Made by a program: the position numbers and the translations under genes. This document shows positions 53,013-64,000 of a DNA stretch of 64,000 bases, in pieces; position 1 is the first letter of the stretch; each line of letters begins with the position of its first letter. The stretch is from an uncultured Acidobacteriaceae bacterium (GTDB lineage Bacteria; Acidobacteriota; Terriglobia; Terriglobales; Acidobacteriaceae), in NCBI GenBank assembly GCA_963702295.1, contig CAVPCE010000087.1, positions 6,619 to 70,618 on the forward strand, in the 5' to 3' direction. Under the pieces are notes generated by a model. That model had not been told where the DNA came from and ran no database searches. It worked only from the letters and a program-made list of their open reading frames with translations.

Positions 53013-56000
53013 ATGAAGAAGCTACTGCTCGCACTCTTACTGCCGGTGTTTGGCATTGTCATGATGGCCGTGCCCGGAACAGCGCAGGTGAACACCGGGC
53101 AGGTCACCGGAACCGTAACCGACACCACGGGCGCGGTGATTGCCGGGGCCACAGTTACCCTCAGGGGCACGGCAACCGGCGCGGAAAGAACGGTGCAGAC
53201 TAACGGTCAGGGCAGCTTCCTGGCGTCCGCGCTCACCCCCGGCACCTATACCGTGACCATCACTGCGTCGGGTTTCGGTTCCTATGCCGCGTTGGCCCCG
53301 GTGACGGTGGGCGGAATTCTCACGGTCGACGCGAAACTCGGAATTCAGGCTAGCCGGCAAACCGTCCTGTGAGCGGCTCCGATGTGGGCGCGCAGGTGAA
53401 CACCAGCGATCAGCAAATTTCTTCCACCATCACTCCTTTGGAAGTGACCCAGCTTCCCAGCCTCACCCGGAATCCCTACGACTTCGTAAGCCTTTCCGGC
53501 GATGTCAGCTCAGATCCGAGCGGCTCTACGGGTCGCGGGGTGGGCGTCTCCTTCAGCGGTGAACGCGCCGCGTCCACCGAGATTCTGCTGGACGGCGTCG
53601 AGAATGTGGACGCTTTTGGCGCCTCGGTCGGTCAGACCATTCCCTTGGACGCCGTGCAGGAATACAGCGTGATCACCGATGGTTTCCCGGCGGAGTACGG
53701 CCGGGCATCAGGCGGCATCGTCAATCTGGTCACGAAGAGCGGCACGAACTCGCTCCACGGCTCTGTTTATGCGTTCAACCGGATCTCCGCGCTCGCTGCG
53801 AACACCTACAACGAAGACGCAACCGATGCCAGCAACGCCGCTGGCGGACTTGCTCCGCTGCCCGCCGATCATTTCACCCGCAATGAGTTCGGATACTCCG
53901 TCGGTGGACCGATCAGGCCCGACAAGCTCTTCTTCTTCTCCAATACCGAGTGGACCCGCATTCGCAGTTCGGGCGTCGAATCGTTTGCAGTGCCCTCCGC
54001 GGGCTTCCTCGCATCGGCCGCGCCGTCGACCCAGGCCTACTTCAGCTCTTACGGCAAACTGGCGTCGGGAACCACTCTAGGGTCGACCCTGCCGGTTTCC
54101 GGTTTCGCCCAGAATCCGCTGCAGGTGGTGAACGCCACGGCCGCGATCGATTCCGGTGCGGGTTCCCCGCAGAACACGTGGGATACCGACGATCGCATCG
54201 ACTTCAACGCGAGCAGCAAGAACAGCATGTTCTTCCGAGCCGCTGTTTACAACGACTCGTTCTTCCCCGGATATGTTTCGTTCAGTCCTTATGACGGATA
54301 CAACACGTCGGAAACTGATCTGAACCAGTCTTACCTGTACAGCTTCACGCATTTGTTTACGACGAACCTGATCAGCTCCACGCGCGTCAGTTACAACCGC
54401 CTCAAGCAGCAGGAGTCGCTCGGGCCGGCCGGAATTACCCCGGCACTCTACCTCAACCAGGCGAACGTAGCCAGCTCCGATGCAGCCTCCGGCGTGCCGA
54501 TTGCCATGCCAGGCTATCTGCCTCTGAGTCCCGGCGGCGCGATCCCCTTTGGCGGTCCGCAGAACTTCTACCAGTTCATGGAAGACCTGACCTGGACCAA
54601 AGGCTCCCATACCCTGCAGTTTGGCGGCGGCTTCATCCAGCTCAGAGACAACCGCGTCTTCGGCGCCTACGAAACAGCCAGCGAGCTGGTGGACAAAACG
54701 GGTACGCCCGAAGCGACTGCCCTCCAGGATCTGCAGGCCGGCAATCTGTATCAGTTCGAAGTCGCCATCGACCCGCAGGGTGAATACCCGTGTTCTGTGG
54801 ATGGAACCACCGGCAGCCTCATCCAGACCGCCGCCTGCACTCTTCAGTACCCGCTGAACTCGCCTGACTTCGAGCGCGAGAACACCTTCAATGATGGCAA
54901 TCTGTATGGCCAGGATTCGTGGAAGGTCAATCGCAGATTCACACTGAACTTCGGCCTGCGGTGGGAATACTACGGCGTGCAGCACAATCACAATCCTGCC
55001 CGGAATCCAACTTCTTCCTGGGTATTGGCAACCCGTTTGAACAGATTCGCGACGGCGCCGTCGCGACCACACCCACTCGCCGGTTGGGGGACTCATCGGC
55101 CAGCAGAAAAAGAATTTCGGGCCCCGCATCGGCTTTGCCTTTGATCCCTTTGGCGACGGCAAGTGGGCCATCCGCGGCGGATACGGAATCGCCTACGAGC
55201 GCAACTTTGGCAACGTCACCTACAACGTCATTCAGAACCCGCCGAACTACGCCGGCGTGCAGCTCAACAGCAACTCGGGCGGCGTCGGCCAGATGCCGTG
55301 TACACCGCCAACCTGGGTCCCTTCGCCGCCAGCTCCGGATCGGTTCCTTTCCATCCGCCATCACTGCGCGCCCTTGCTCAGAACATGCCCACCGCCTACG
55401 GTGAGCAGTGGGACCTCGTGATCGAGCGCATGAGATCGCCCCGAACACTCTGCTCCAGGCGACGTACTCCGGCACGCGCGGGATTCACCAGTACTCCATC
55501 GCCAATGACAACGAGTTCTATTCCGGCAATGCCTTCATGGGCGATGCCACCCCCGGCAATCGGATCAACTATCAGTACGACGCCATCAACATGCGCGAAG
55601 CGAACGGCGACAGCTATTACGACGCCCTCGACGTCCATGTGGCCGACAACAACTACGGCAGGTATGGCCTCCAGATGTCGTTCAATTACACCTGGGCGCA
55701 CGCGCTGGATAACCTGAGTTCCACCTTCTCCGAGTCGGGGAACAACTTCAACCTCGGCTTCCTGAACCCGTTTGACCCCAGCCTGGATCGCGGCAACGCC
55801 GATTACGATGTGCCACAGAGTCACCATCGGAGGCGTCTACAAACCCACATTCCTCCAGTTCAACAGCAACCACCTGATGCACACCATCCTCGGCGGTCTG
55901 GAGTTTGCCCCCATCGCTACCCTGCGGACCGGAAGTCATTTCACCGTCTACGACTGCACCAACGGCTACAACGCCTGTCCGCGCATCGTGGGAGCTCCGG

Positions 56001-56421
56001 ATCTGAAATTCAAGGGCACTCCGGTCAACAATGGCGGTGTGAACAGCTTTAACTACCTCACCATTCCTTCCGACTCCGCCAACCCATACGTTGATGCATT
56101 TGGCATCTCCGATCTCCCTCCTGCCCTGGCTGTTACCAAAACCCGGGTTTGGGCAGAAATCAGTGGCAGGGGCCAGGCAATGTCAGCTTCGACCTCGGCA
56201 CGTACAAGAACTTCGCGCTGGGCCATAGCGAGCGGTACACGTTTCAGATCCGCGGCGAATTCTACGATGTCCTGAATCATCACAATTACTACGTTCAGGG
56301 AAATGTCGCAGACATCGCTGAGGAATCAGCCGTGACGGTGGTCAAGGGCGCATTTAGCGGCATCCCGTCCTCCAGCGACGAACGGCGGAATGTGCAGCTT
56401 GCGCTTCGCTTCCAGTTCTAA
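53013..56421 (+). pseudogene. TonB-dependent receptor with CarboxypepD_reg-like N-domain, at least five frame changes as assembled
   Basis: Signal MKKLLLALLLPVFGIVMMAVPGTAQ, then GQVTGTVTDTTGAVIAGATVTL...GQGSFLASALTPGTYTV. The plug region reads ISSTITPLEVTQLPSL...ILLDGVENVD...EYGRASGGIVNLVTKSGTN. Barrel segments continue to ...LALRFQF*. Shifts lie at 53,370 and around 55,0xx, 55,3xx, 55,8xx and 56,15x. Confidence 0.85.
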
Positions 56422-56464
56422 TCCGGAGGCAAAGACCGACACAGTCTGAGGTTTTCCACCCACG

Positions 56465-56494
56465 AGGGGCTGCTCCGGCAGCCCCTTTCTTTCT
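56465..56494 (+). terminator. intrinsic terminator after the receptor gene
   Basis: AGGGGCTGC (56465-56473), loop TCCG, GCAGCCCCT (56478-56486), followed by TTCTTTCT. Confidence 0.7.
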
Positions 56495-56922
56495 CGTCAG
56501 GTCAGAAGGGAAATAACCCCCGCTTCGCCCACAGGGCGTTTCCTGTCAGTATTTTCGGTACTTTAGGCACGCGAGGCTACCGAATGCGGGAGCAATTGGA
56601 GCCGCCCCTACGCTTTTTGGAATACGCTTCCCTGCGTGCCCGGCCCGATCTCCCCTAAATCGTTGATTTTCGGTTGATTGCGAATGGCCTGTGAATTGCT
56701 TTAACTCCGCCCAAAGCCTCCCCACGTTGTCCTTTTTCTCTTTCATTCGGGTTCCGTTCCTGGCGCAGTCTCCTTTCTGTTAGGTACCCGGGGCCTCTTT
56801 CAAAGCAGTGAAGAGTTGGGCAGTCCGTTCCCCTCAAGAAATAGAACCATTTGAAACCAGGCCTCGTTGATCCTGGCCGGTTGTGAACCAAAAAGAAGTA
56901 ACCCTTTATGGAGGAGCTGTCT

Positions 56923-59900
56923 ATGATGCAATTCAGGTTTCGGTGGCTGATCGCAGCAGTCGCTACTGTGCTCTGGCTGTGCACAGCCGCCCCGCACGCA
57001 TTCAGTCAGGCGACTAATACCGGTACCGTGGTCGGAGAAGTCACCGATCCAAGCGGCGCCGTCATTGCCGGGGCCGATGTGGTCCTGACCGACGCGTCCC
57101 AGGGCACCACACTCAACGCCACCAGTAACGGACAGGGAAAGTACATCTTCTCCGCCGTTGCCCCGGGCACTTACGTCCTCACCACGAACAAGTCCGGATT
57201 TTCGAACGCGAAACTTACCGGCCTGGTCGTGAGCGTCGGCACCCAGACGACCGCCAACATTAAGATGTCCGTCGGCGGCGGCAAGGAAACCGTGGAAGTC
57301 CAGGTCATGGGCACCGAGCTCCAGACGCTGAACTCCACCGTCGGTCAGACGATTGAAGAAGACGCCATCGCATCACTGCCCAGCCTGAACCATGACGTGA
57401 ATACGTTCACCGCGCTCCAGCCCGGTGTGAGCCCCGGCGGCAGCGTGGCCGGAGCCGTCAGCGATCAGAATATGTTCCTCCTCGATGGTGGCAACAACTC
57501 CAGCGATATGGACGGCAGCAATACCGTCTACAACACCACCGCGGCTTTCGCTGGTGACCCGACCGGCGGCGAAGGAACTCCGCCTTCCGGCATCATGCCC
57601 ACCCCGACCGACAGCGTCAACGAAGTCAAGGTGAACACCGCCAACCAGACAGCCGATTTCGACAATTCCTCCGGTGCTCAGATCGAGTTTGTCACGCCCC
57701 GCGGCTCCAACCGCTGGCACGGCGGCGCCTACGAGTATTACCTCGATAACGGATTCGACGCGAACTCCTGGGACAATAACGATAACGGCCAGAAGATTCC
57801 CCAGTACCACTACAGCCGTTTTGGCGCCAAAGCCGGTGGCTTCTTCACCCCGAACCTTCTGGGTGGGAAGTTCTACATCTTCGGCTTCTTCGAAGGCTAT
57901 CGCTATCCGCAGGTCACCACGGTTCGCCGCCCCGTTCCCAGCGCCAATCTGAAGGCCGGGATCATCACCTACAGCGGCACCAACTACAACATGACGGCAA
58001 TCGATCCCCGCGGCATCGGTATCGATCCCGATGTGCAGTCGATGTGGACCAAATACGAGCCCGCCGGCAACATTGCCGGAGGCACGAGCTGCGGTCCCAT
58101 CGCCGGACAGTATTGCGACGGCGTCAACGAAGTCGCCTTCCAGGGCAACATGGCGCTGCCTCTCAGCAGCAACGACCTGGCCGTCCGCATGGACCACGAC
58201 TTCAACTCCAAATGGCACTGGTTTGCCAGCTACCGTGATTTCAAGCTGACGCAGTTCGCCACCAATCAGTACGACATCGGCGGATTCTTCCCCGGCGACA
58301 AGCTGGGCGTCCCGACCTCCACGGCCCCCCGCCCACTGCAGCCCTGGTATCTTGTCACGGGGTTGACGACCAGTATCACCGCCAACACCACCAATGATTT
58401 TCACTACAACTATCTGCGCAACTTCTGGCAGTGGGGAACCAACAACGCTCCTCCTCAGGTTTCCGGTCTCGGCGGAGCCATGGAACCCTTCGGCGAAAGC
58501 GCCAGCAACGTTCTGTCGCCCTTCAACGTCAACACCCAGAGCATCCGTACCCGCTTCTGGGATGGTCACGACCACTTCTTCAGCGACAACGTCAGCATGC
58601 TGAAGGGAAACCATCTCATCCAGTTCGGTGGCCAGTACCAGCGTGATTTCGACTACCACTCCCGCTCCGACAACGGCGGCGGCATCAACTTCACCCCCAC
58701 CTACCGCATGGGTGAACAAGGCGGCAAAGGCACTGGAGCCGTCGATATGAGCGATCTGGGCGGGGGCTACCCGCTTAACAATACTTCCGAGCGCCTGGCC
58801 ATGGCCGCGCTGGGTATTGTCGACCAGTCGCAGCAGGCCTTCACGCGTGCCGGCAATCTGACTCTGAACCCACCGCTTACGCACGCTGAAGACAAGGACG
58901 TTATTCCCTTCTACAACGCCTATATCAGCGACACCTGGCACATGAAGCCGTCCCTTACCCTGACCTACGGCCTGGGCTACACCCTCGAAATGCCGCCGCA
59001 CGAAGCCCAGGGCAGGCAGACGGTGCTCGTCGATGCTGCGGATGAACCCATCCAGACCGAGGACTATCTCTCTCAGCGGAAAGCGGCCGCCGAACAGGGA
59101 CAGGTCTATAACCCCGAAATCGGCTTTGCCCTCGTCAACAACGTCGGTAACGGACTGAAGTATCCCTATCAGCCGTTCTATGGCTCCTTCAGCCCGCGCG
59201 TCGGCGTGGCGTGGAACCCGGGCTTCTCCAAGTCCACGGTCATCCGCGGCGGCTACGGCCGCATCTATGGCCGTCTCAATGGTGTGGACCTTGTTCTGGT
59301 TCCGCTGCTCGGCGTTGGTCTCATTCAGGCCGCCGCCTGCCCGCAACCCTTCGCTTCAGGCGCCTGCGGCCCCACCAACCCGACTGCGGCCACCGCCTAT
59401 CGTGTAGGCGTGGATGGCAACTCGGCTCCCTTGCCGACTCCTGCCGCCACCCTACCCCAACCGGTGTATCCCGGCTACAATGCCATCGCCAGCTCGGCCA
59501 GTGAAGCCATGGATCCGAAATTCCGCCCGAACGATGTCGATTCGTTCGATCTGACCATTCAGCACCAGTTTGGACCCAAGATGCTGATGGAAGTCGGCTA
59601 CATCGGGCGCCTGATCCACAACGAGTATCAGCCCATCAACCTGAACGCTGTTCCCTACATGACGTCGGTCGGTGGACAGCAGTTCCAGCAAGCCTACGCA
59701 GCCATGGAAAAATACCTCGGCTGTGCAACTTCGCAGGTGGCTTGCGGAGCCAACGTTCCCACTTCGGGTACGCCGGCCTACACCTCATTTGTCAATGCAG
59801 CGACGGCTCAGAGCTTCTTTGAAACCTCCCTTGCCGGCACCGGCTACTGCACTGGGTACGCCAGCTGCACCGCCGCTGTGCTCGATAAGGAACTCAGCAA

Positions 59901-60876
59901 CTTCACAAGCCAGTCTGTATGGTCCATGTGGTCCGATCTGGATAACGGCGCTTTCAACCCAACCCTGATTCCGCGTTCGATGCAGAACACGCCGATCCCT
60001 GGTTCGCCGTTTGGCGCCAGCGGCCAGGCGACCTCCGGCATCGCCGAGAACCTCAGCGTGGGGTACGGCAACTACAACGGCGCCTTTTTCAGCTTCAGTA
60101 CTCACAACTGGCACGGCCTCACCATGCAGCACAACCTCACCTGGAGCAAGGCACTGGGTACCGGAGCCTTCGTCCAGGCATCCAGCGAATACACTCCGAA
60201 CGATCCCTTCAACCTGGGCGCGATGTACGGCGAACAGGGCTTCGATCACCGCATCCTCTACAACAACTACATTGTGGCGCAGGATCCCTGGTTCAAGGAC
60301 CAGAGGGGATTCCTGGGTCGCGTGGCCGGAGGATGGACTCTGGCGCCCCTCTTCACCGCTGGTACTGGAGCACCTGTTTACTGCAACACCAACTCGGGTG
60401 GTCAATCCTTCGGTTCGGGCGACGCCAGCAGCTACTTCGACAATGAGCAGTGTGTGTTCAACACCCAGTACAACGCTGGACACTCTGCGCACTTCGGCGT
60501 AGCTGGCGCCAACGGGGTCGGAACAGCAACCTCGACCACGCCGGTGAACATGTTCTCGGATCCGGTCTCGGTCTTTAACCAGGTGCGGCCGCCGATCCTC
60601 GGCATGGACACCAAGAACCCCGGCGTTGGCCCGTTCATGGGCCAGAACTACTGGAATGTGGATGCGGAACTGAAGAAAGATGTCCGAATCGCCGAGTCGG
60701 CGACCTTCGAATTCTCCTTCATCGCCTCCAACGTTCTCAACCACAGAGAGTTTGTCGATCCCACCCTTACTTTGTCGGATCCCACCAGCTGGGGCGTCCT
60801 GAACACGCAGGAGCAGGATATAACCGGGAAATCCTTCACCCGCCAGATGGAGTTCGGCGGCCGCATCACCTTCTAA
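56923..60876 (+). CDS. TonB-dependent receptor with CarboxypepD_reg-like N-domain (intact, ~1317 aa)
   Basis: MMQFRFRWLIAAVATVLWLCTAAPHAFSQ signal, then GTVVGEVTDPSGAVIAGADVVL...GQGKYIFSAVAPGTYVL. The plug reads EEDAIASLPSLNHDV...FLLDGGNNS. The long barrel ends FGGRITF*. Start moved to ATGATG 56923 because GGAGGAG (56911-56917) lies inside the track ORF start. Confidence 0.9.
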   Translation: MMQFRFRWLIAAVATVLWLCTAAPHAFSQATNTGTVVGEVTDPSGAVIAGADVVLTDASQGTTLNATSNGQGKYIFSAVAPGTYVLTTNKSGFSNAKLTGLVVSVGTQTTANIKMSVGGGKETVEVQVMGTELQTLNSTVGQTIEEDAIASLPSLNHDVNTFTALQPGVSPGGSVAGAVSDQNMFLLDGGNNSSDMDGSNTVYNTTAAFAGDPTGGEGTPPSGIMPTPTDSVNEVKVNTANQTADFDNSSGAQIEFVTPRGSNRWHGGAYEYYLDNGFDANSWDNNDNGQKIPQYHYSRFGAKAGGFFTPNLLGGKFYIFGFFEGYRYPQVTTVRRPVPSANLKAGIITYSGTNYNMTAIDPRGIGIDPDVQSMWTKYEPAGNIAGGTSCGPIAGQYCDGVNEVAFQGNMALPLSSNDLAVRMDHDFNSKWHWFASYRDFKLTQFATNQYDIGGFFPGDKLGVPTSTAPRPLQPWYLVTGLTTSITANTTNDFHYNYLRNFWQWGTNNAPPQVSGLGGAMEPFGESASNVLSPFNVNTQSIRTRFWDGHDHFFSDNVSMLKGNHLIQFGGQYQRDFDYHSRSDNGGGINFTPTYRMGEQGGKGTGAVDMSDLGGGYPLNNTSERLAMAALGIVDQSQQAFTRAGNLTLNPPLTHAEDKDVIPFYNAYISDTWHMKPSLTLTYGLGYTLEMPPHEAQGRQTVLVDAADEPIQTEDYLSQRKAAAEQGQVYNPEIGFALVNNVGNGLKYPYQPFYGSFSPRVGVAWNPGFSKSTVIRGGYGRIYGRLNGVDLVLVPLLGVGLIQAAACPQPFASGACGPTNPTAATAYRVGVDGNSAPLPTPAATLPQPVYPGYNAIASSASEAMDPKFRPNDVDSFDLTIQHQFGPKMLMEVGYIGRLIHNEYQPINLNAVPYMTSVGGQQFQQAYAAMEKYLGCATSQVACGANVPTSGTPAYTSFVNAATAQSFFETSLAGTGYCTGYASCTAAVLDKELSNFTSQSVWSMWSDLDNGAFNPTLIPRSMQNTPIPGSPFGASGQATSGIAENLSVGYGNYNGAFFSFSTHNWHGLTMQHNLTWSKALGTGAFVQASSEYTPNDPFNLGAMYGEQGFDHRILYNNYIVAQDPWFKDQRGFLGRVAGGWTLAPLFTAGTGAPVYCNTNSGGQSFGSGDASSYFDNEQCVFNTQYNAGHSAHFGVAGANGVGTATSTTPVNMFSDPVSVFNQVRPPILGMDTKNPGVGPFMGQNYWNVDAELKKDVRIAESATFEFSFIASNVLNHREFVDPTLTLSDPTSWGVLNTQEQDITGKSFTRQMEFGGRITF

Positions 60877-60925
60877 ATCAATCCAATCCGGCAGCCGGAA
60901 CTCCCGGCAGCCGGCAACTTCTCGG

Positions 60926-60958
60926 GCGGAGGTCCTCTGGACCTTCGCCCCTTCCTTT
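60926..60958 (+). terminator. probable intrinsic terminator
   Basis: GCGGAGGTCC (60926-60935), loop TCT, GGACCTTCGC (60939-60948; one G-U pair), then CCCTTCCTTTC. Confidence 0.5.
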
Positions 60959-61185
60959 CAAGGCAATGCCCAATTCGTCGGGGTTGCCCCATCGGAGCTC
61001 ACACCAAGGTCACAATCGCGAACGAAAGTGGCACGGAATTCCGGGTTTTGCACTTGCGCCACAGGCGACCCGGCAGGTAAAAGGGTTTGCTGGGTAAATG
61101 AGGGTAGCCAAAGTAGTCACCACCCTGTACTTTCGGAACCTCCTCCCAGGCAACCTTTATTAAGTCAAAGGAATCCTCCATCCCA

Positions 61186-61557
61186 ATGGCTGCTGACATC
61201 TTGCTGGTGGACGATAACTGCATTCAGGCGACCACCAGGAAGGCGATCCTTGCGCGCTCCGGTCGAAGTGTCGCGCTGGCCTCCGACGGTCGCCAGGCCC
61301 TTGATTTCCTGAAGGAAAGCTCCGTGGGTCTGGTCATCACCGATCACCTGATGCCGGGGATGAACGGCCCCGAGTTTGTTTCGCAGCTCCGCCTCAGCTA
61401 TCCCAACCTTCCCGTCCTGGTGCTGAGCGGCCTCGCCGAAGCGGAAGACGAGTATCGCGACCTCGACGTCATGTTCCGCGTCAAGCCGTTTCCTCCCGAT
61501 GAACTGCTGGCTCTGGTGCGATCGGTTCTGCAGGATCCCCTCAGTCGCACCGCCTGA
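61186..61557 (+). CDS. single-domain response regulator (CheY-like receiver)
   Basis: ILLVDDN...ALASDGRQALDFL...VGLVITDHLMPGMNG...LPVLVLSG...KPF, with the acidic pocket, phospho-acceptor Asp and conserved Lys. Confidence 0.85.
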   Translation: MAADILLVDDNCIQATTRKAILARSGRSVALASDGRQALDFLKESSVGLVITDHLMPGMNGPEFVSQLRLSYPNLPVLVLSGLAEAEDEYRDLDVMFRVKPFPPDELLALVRSVLQDPLSRTA

Positions 61558-61728
61558 TTCCGCGCCCATCCCGCGCCTCTCTGCAAATTCCTCCTCCATC
61601 TGCGCCCTTGCCGGTGTGAGATTTATCACAGCGGACCTTCATCAGGGACGAGAAGATCAGACTGTCCCTGATTGCCGCATCGCCGTTTCGATTCCCCAAA
61701 AGTGCGACAATCAGAAGGTTGAATCCCT

Positions 61729-63800
61729 ATGCCCGCATTTGGCAGCTTTGCTCTCCTCGTCGCCCTCGCCCTGAGCGGATATAACCTGCTGGCCGGCGCC
61801 GTTGCCCTGCGCCAGCTCGCCACCGGCGCTCGCGGAGCCATCGCTCCTGAACGCCTTGCGGAAACCGCTCGTCGTGCCGGCATCGCCAGCTTCTTCGCCG
61901 TTGCCTGCGCCGCCTTTGCCCTGGTTTGGGCTGCCTTTACCAACGACTTCTCCGTCGCTTACATCACGGAGCACTCCAACCGCGCCCTTCCCGCTGCCTA
62001 CAAGTTCGCCGCCCTCTGGTCCGGACAGGAAGGCTCTCTGCTCCTCTGGGCGTTTCTCCTCGCCGCCTACGGCTTCGTTCTTCGCCTCCGCCATAAAGTC
62101 GACGTCAAGCTCTTCGCCTACGCTTCCACCATTCTTGCCGGCGTCCAGGTCTTCTTTTTGCTCCTCGTCAACGTCGCGGCCACGCCCTTCTCGCTGGTCA
62201 CGGGCGCCATACCCCCTGACGGCAACGGCCTCAATCCGCTGCTGCAGTATCCGGAGATGGTTATCCATCCTCCGATGCTCTATCTCGGGTACGTCGGTTT
62301 CAGCGTGCCCTTTGCCTTTGCTCTCGGCGCACTCATCATGCGCTACCCCGGCGAGAAATGGATTCATGTCACCCGCCGCTGGACTATGGTGACCTGGCTC
62401 TTTCTCACCGTGGGCATCTTCCTCGGCATGCACTGGGCCTACGAGGTCCTCGGCTGGGGCGGCTATTGGGGCTGGGATCCCGTCGAGAACGCCTCCCTCA
62501 TGCCCTGGCTCACCGGCACCGCCTTCCTGCACTCGGTCATGATGCAGGAGAAGCGCGGCATGATGAAGAGCTGGAATGTCTGGCTCATCTTCTCAACGTT
62601 CATGCTTTCCATCCTCGGCACCCTTCTCACTCGCTCCGGACTGGTTAGCTCCGTTCATGCCTTCGCCCAATCTTCCATCGGTACCTGGTTCTGGGTCTTC
62701 CTGGTCATCGTTCTCGCGGTCTGCACCTTCGTCTACATCCTCAATCGCGATCACCTGCGCACCGAACATAAGCTCGAGTCCCTCGTCTCGCGAGAGTCCA
62801 GCTTCGCCTTCAATAATCTGGTCCTGCTCGCGGCGTGCTTCACCGTCCTGTGGGGTACGCTCTTCCCGGTTCTCTCCGAATACGTCCAGGGCAATCGCGT
62901 CACCGTCAGCGCGCCGTTTTATAACCGCGTCGCTGTCCCCATCGGCGTCTTTCTGCTCCTGCTCACCGGAATGGGTCCGCTGCTCGCCTGGCGCAGCACT
63001 TCCATGCGCAGCATCCGCAGGAATTTCGTTCTGCCCGGCATCGTGGCCCTCATCGTCGCCGTCGGGCTCATCCCCCTCGGCGTTCATCCCTGGACGATCT
63101 TCACCACCGATCACGAGGGCGCGTTCTACGCCTGGATGACGTTCTCGCTCGCCGGCTTCGTCATCACCGCCATCTTTGCCGAGTTCTACCGCGGCGGCCA
63201 GCGTCATCCAGCAGAAATCCCATCAAAACCTTTTTGCTTCGATGGTGCAGCTCACCCGCCGCAACACCCGGCGCTACGGCGGCTACATCGTCCACTTCGG
63301 CGTCGTCCTCATCTTCATCGGGATCAGCGGCCAGGCGTTCAATCAGAGCATCGAGCGCACCATGAACTACAAGCAGAGCTTCAACCTCGGCCCTTACCGG
63401 GTCGAATGCCTCGATTACTCCCAGGATTCGAATCCCAACTACGACACCGAATTCGCGATGCTCAACGTCTATCGTGGCGGCCACCTTGTCACGAAGCTCG
63501 CGCCCGAACTTCGCTTTTACGCCGCAGCCAGCAGCCCTCCACGATCGTGGCCAATCACTCCACGCTGGCCTGGGATCTCTATGTGATCTACGCCGGCAAG
63601 GATCCCTCCACGGGCCAGCCCGTGATCAAGGCCTTCCTCAACCCGCTGGTCTCCTGGATCTGGATTGGCGTGCTCGTCACCGTCTTCGGCACCTTGATCG
63701 CGCTGCTGCCGAATCTCAGCGCCGCCATCGCCGCCCAGCGCCATCGCGTGCCCGCTGAGGCTGAAGCGGAAGCGGTCCCGGCGGAAGGGCAGGCGTCTGA
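61729..63800 (+). pseudogene. ccmF: cytochrome c-type biogenesis haem lyase CcmF, two or three frame changes as assembled
   Basis: NDFSVAYITEHSNRALPAAYKFAALWSGQEGSLLLW, WGGYWGWDPVENASLMPWLTGTAFLHS (WWD domain) and later TM segments. Shifts lie near 63,195 and 63,530. The true stop is probably TGA 63798-63800, overlapping the next ATG, which needs one more shift. Confidence 0.85.
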
Positions 63801-64000
63801 TGCGCCGAATCACTCGATTGACCCTTCTTCCGCTGCTCATGGTCCTCGGCGTCTTCACCATGGGCGCCGCTGACACCGCGGGCCGTTACAGCGACCTCGG
63901 ACACAAGATCATGTGCACCTGCGGCTGCAACGAGATTCTCCTCGAATGCAACCACATGGGCTGCCAGGCGTCCGCCAAAATGACCGTGGAGCTTCGCGCT
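63800..64000 (+). CDS. cytochrome c biogenesis protein CcmH-like (5' part; runs off the window)
   Basis: MRRITRLTLLPLLMVLGVFTMGAA signal/anchor, then Cys-rich KIMCTCGCNEILLECNHMGCQ. Its position immediately after ccmF supports the call. Confidence 0.6.
   Translation, partial: MRRITRLTLLPLLMVLGVFTMGAADTAGRYSDLGHKIMCTCGCNEILLECNHMGCQASAKMTVELRA

Noticed and set aside
61029-61052. Sigma-54 promoter (TGGCAC ... TTGCA) upstream of the response regulator.
   Set aside because: The GG and GC dinucleotides are 20 nt apart instead of the required 12, so the spacing is wrong.

Overview
This 64-kb high-GC window reads as two unrelated-looking blocks joined by a short low-GC patch.

Block L (1-13,038, all genes on the minus strand) is a defence island. 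It carries an HTH-fused hsdM, hsdS, hsdR and a DUF45/YgjP-like HExxH protein. After a 380-bp gap comes a Gabija-like pair: an OLD-family ATPase/TOPRIM nuclease and a UvrD-type helicase. Upstream of the R-M genes lie an actinomycete-style XRE-TPR regulator and an ABM monooxygenase.

A patch of about 350 bp at about 48% GC (13,039-13,392) separates block L from block R. Block R begins in the middle of a TonB-dependent receptor gene and looks like Acidobacteria chromosome:
- three giant CarboxypepD_reg-type TonB receptors and a VWFA-related protein
- a PadR + ADOP duplicated-permease pair
- YVTN/YncE beta-propeller proteins
- housekeeping and general genes: aroF, panD, serB, ino1, htpX, ccmF/ccmH, a cytochrome c peroxidase and several hydrolases
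- a family of GTCATCCTGAGCG... intergenic repeats

I recognised no rRNA, tRNA, CRISPR array, transposase or integrase.

By eye, about forty 1-nt frame changes interrupt about twenty genes, including housekeeping ones, and their density is very uneven. These genes are listed as pseudogenes 'as assembled'; indel errors are at least as likely as real decay.

The observations most worth follow-up:
- the R-M/DUF45/Gabija-like island
- the 13.0-13.4 kb junction, which is either a chimeric join or an island boundary inside a truncated receptor gene
- the repeat families, including G-quadruplex-capable C-rich leader motifs
- an orphan intrinsic terminator suggesting a small RNA
- a kinase-less PASTA membrane protein translationally coupled to an unknown protein
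- several well-defined candidate operators
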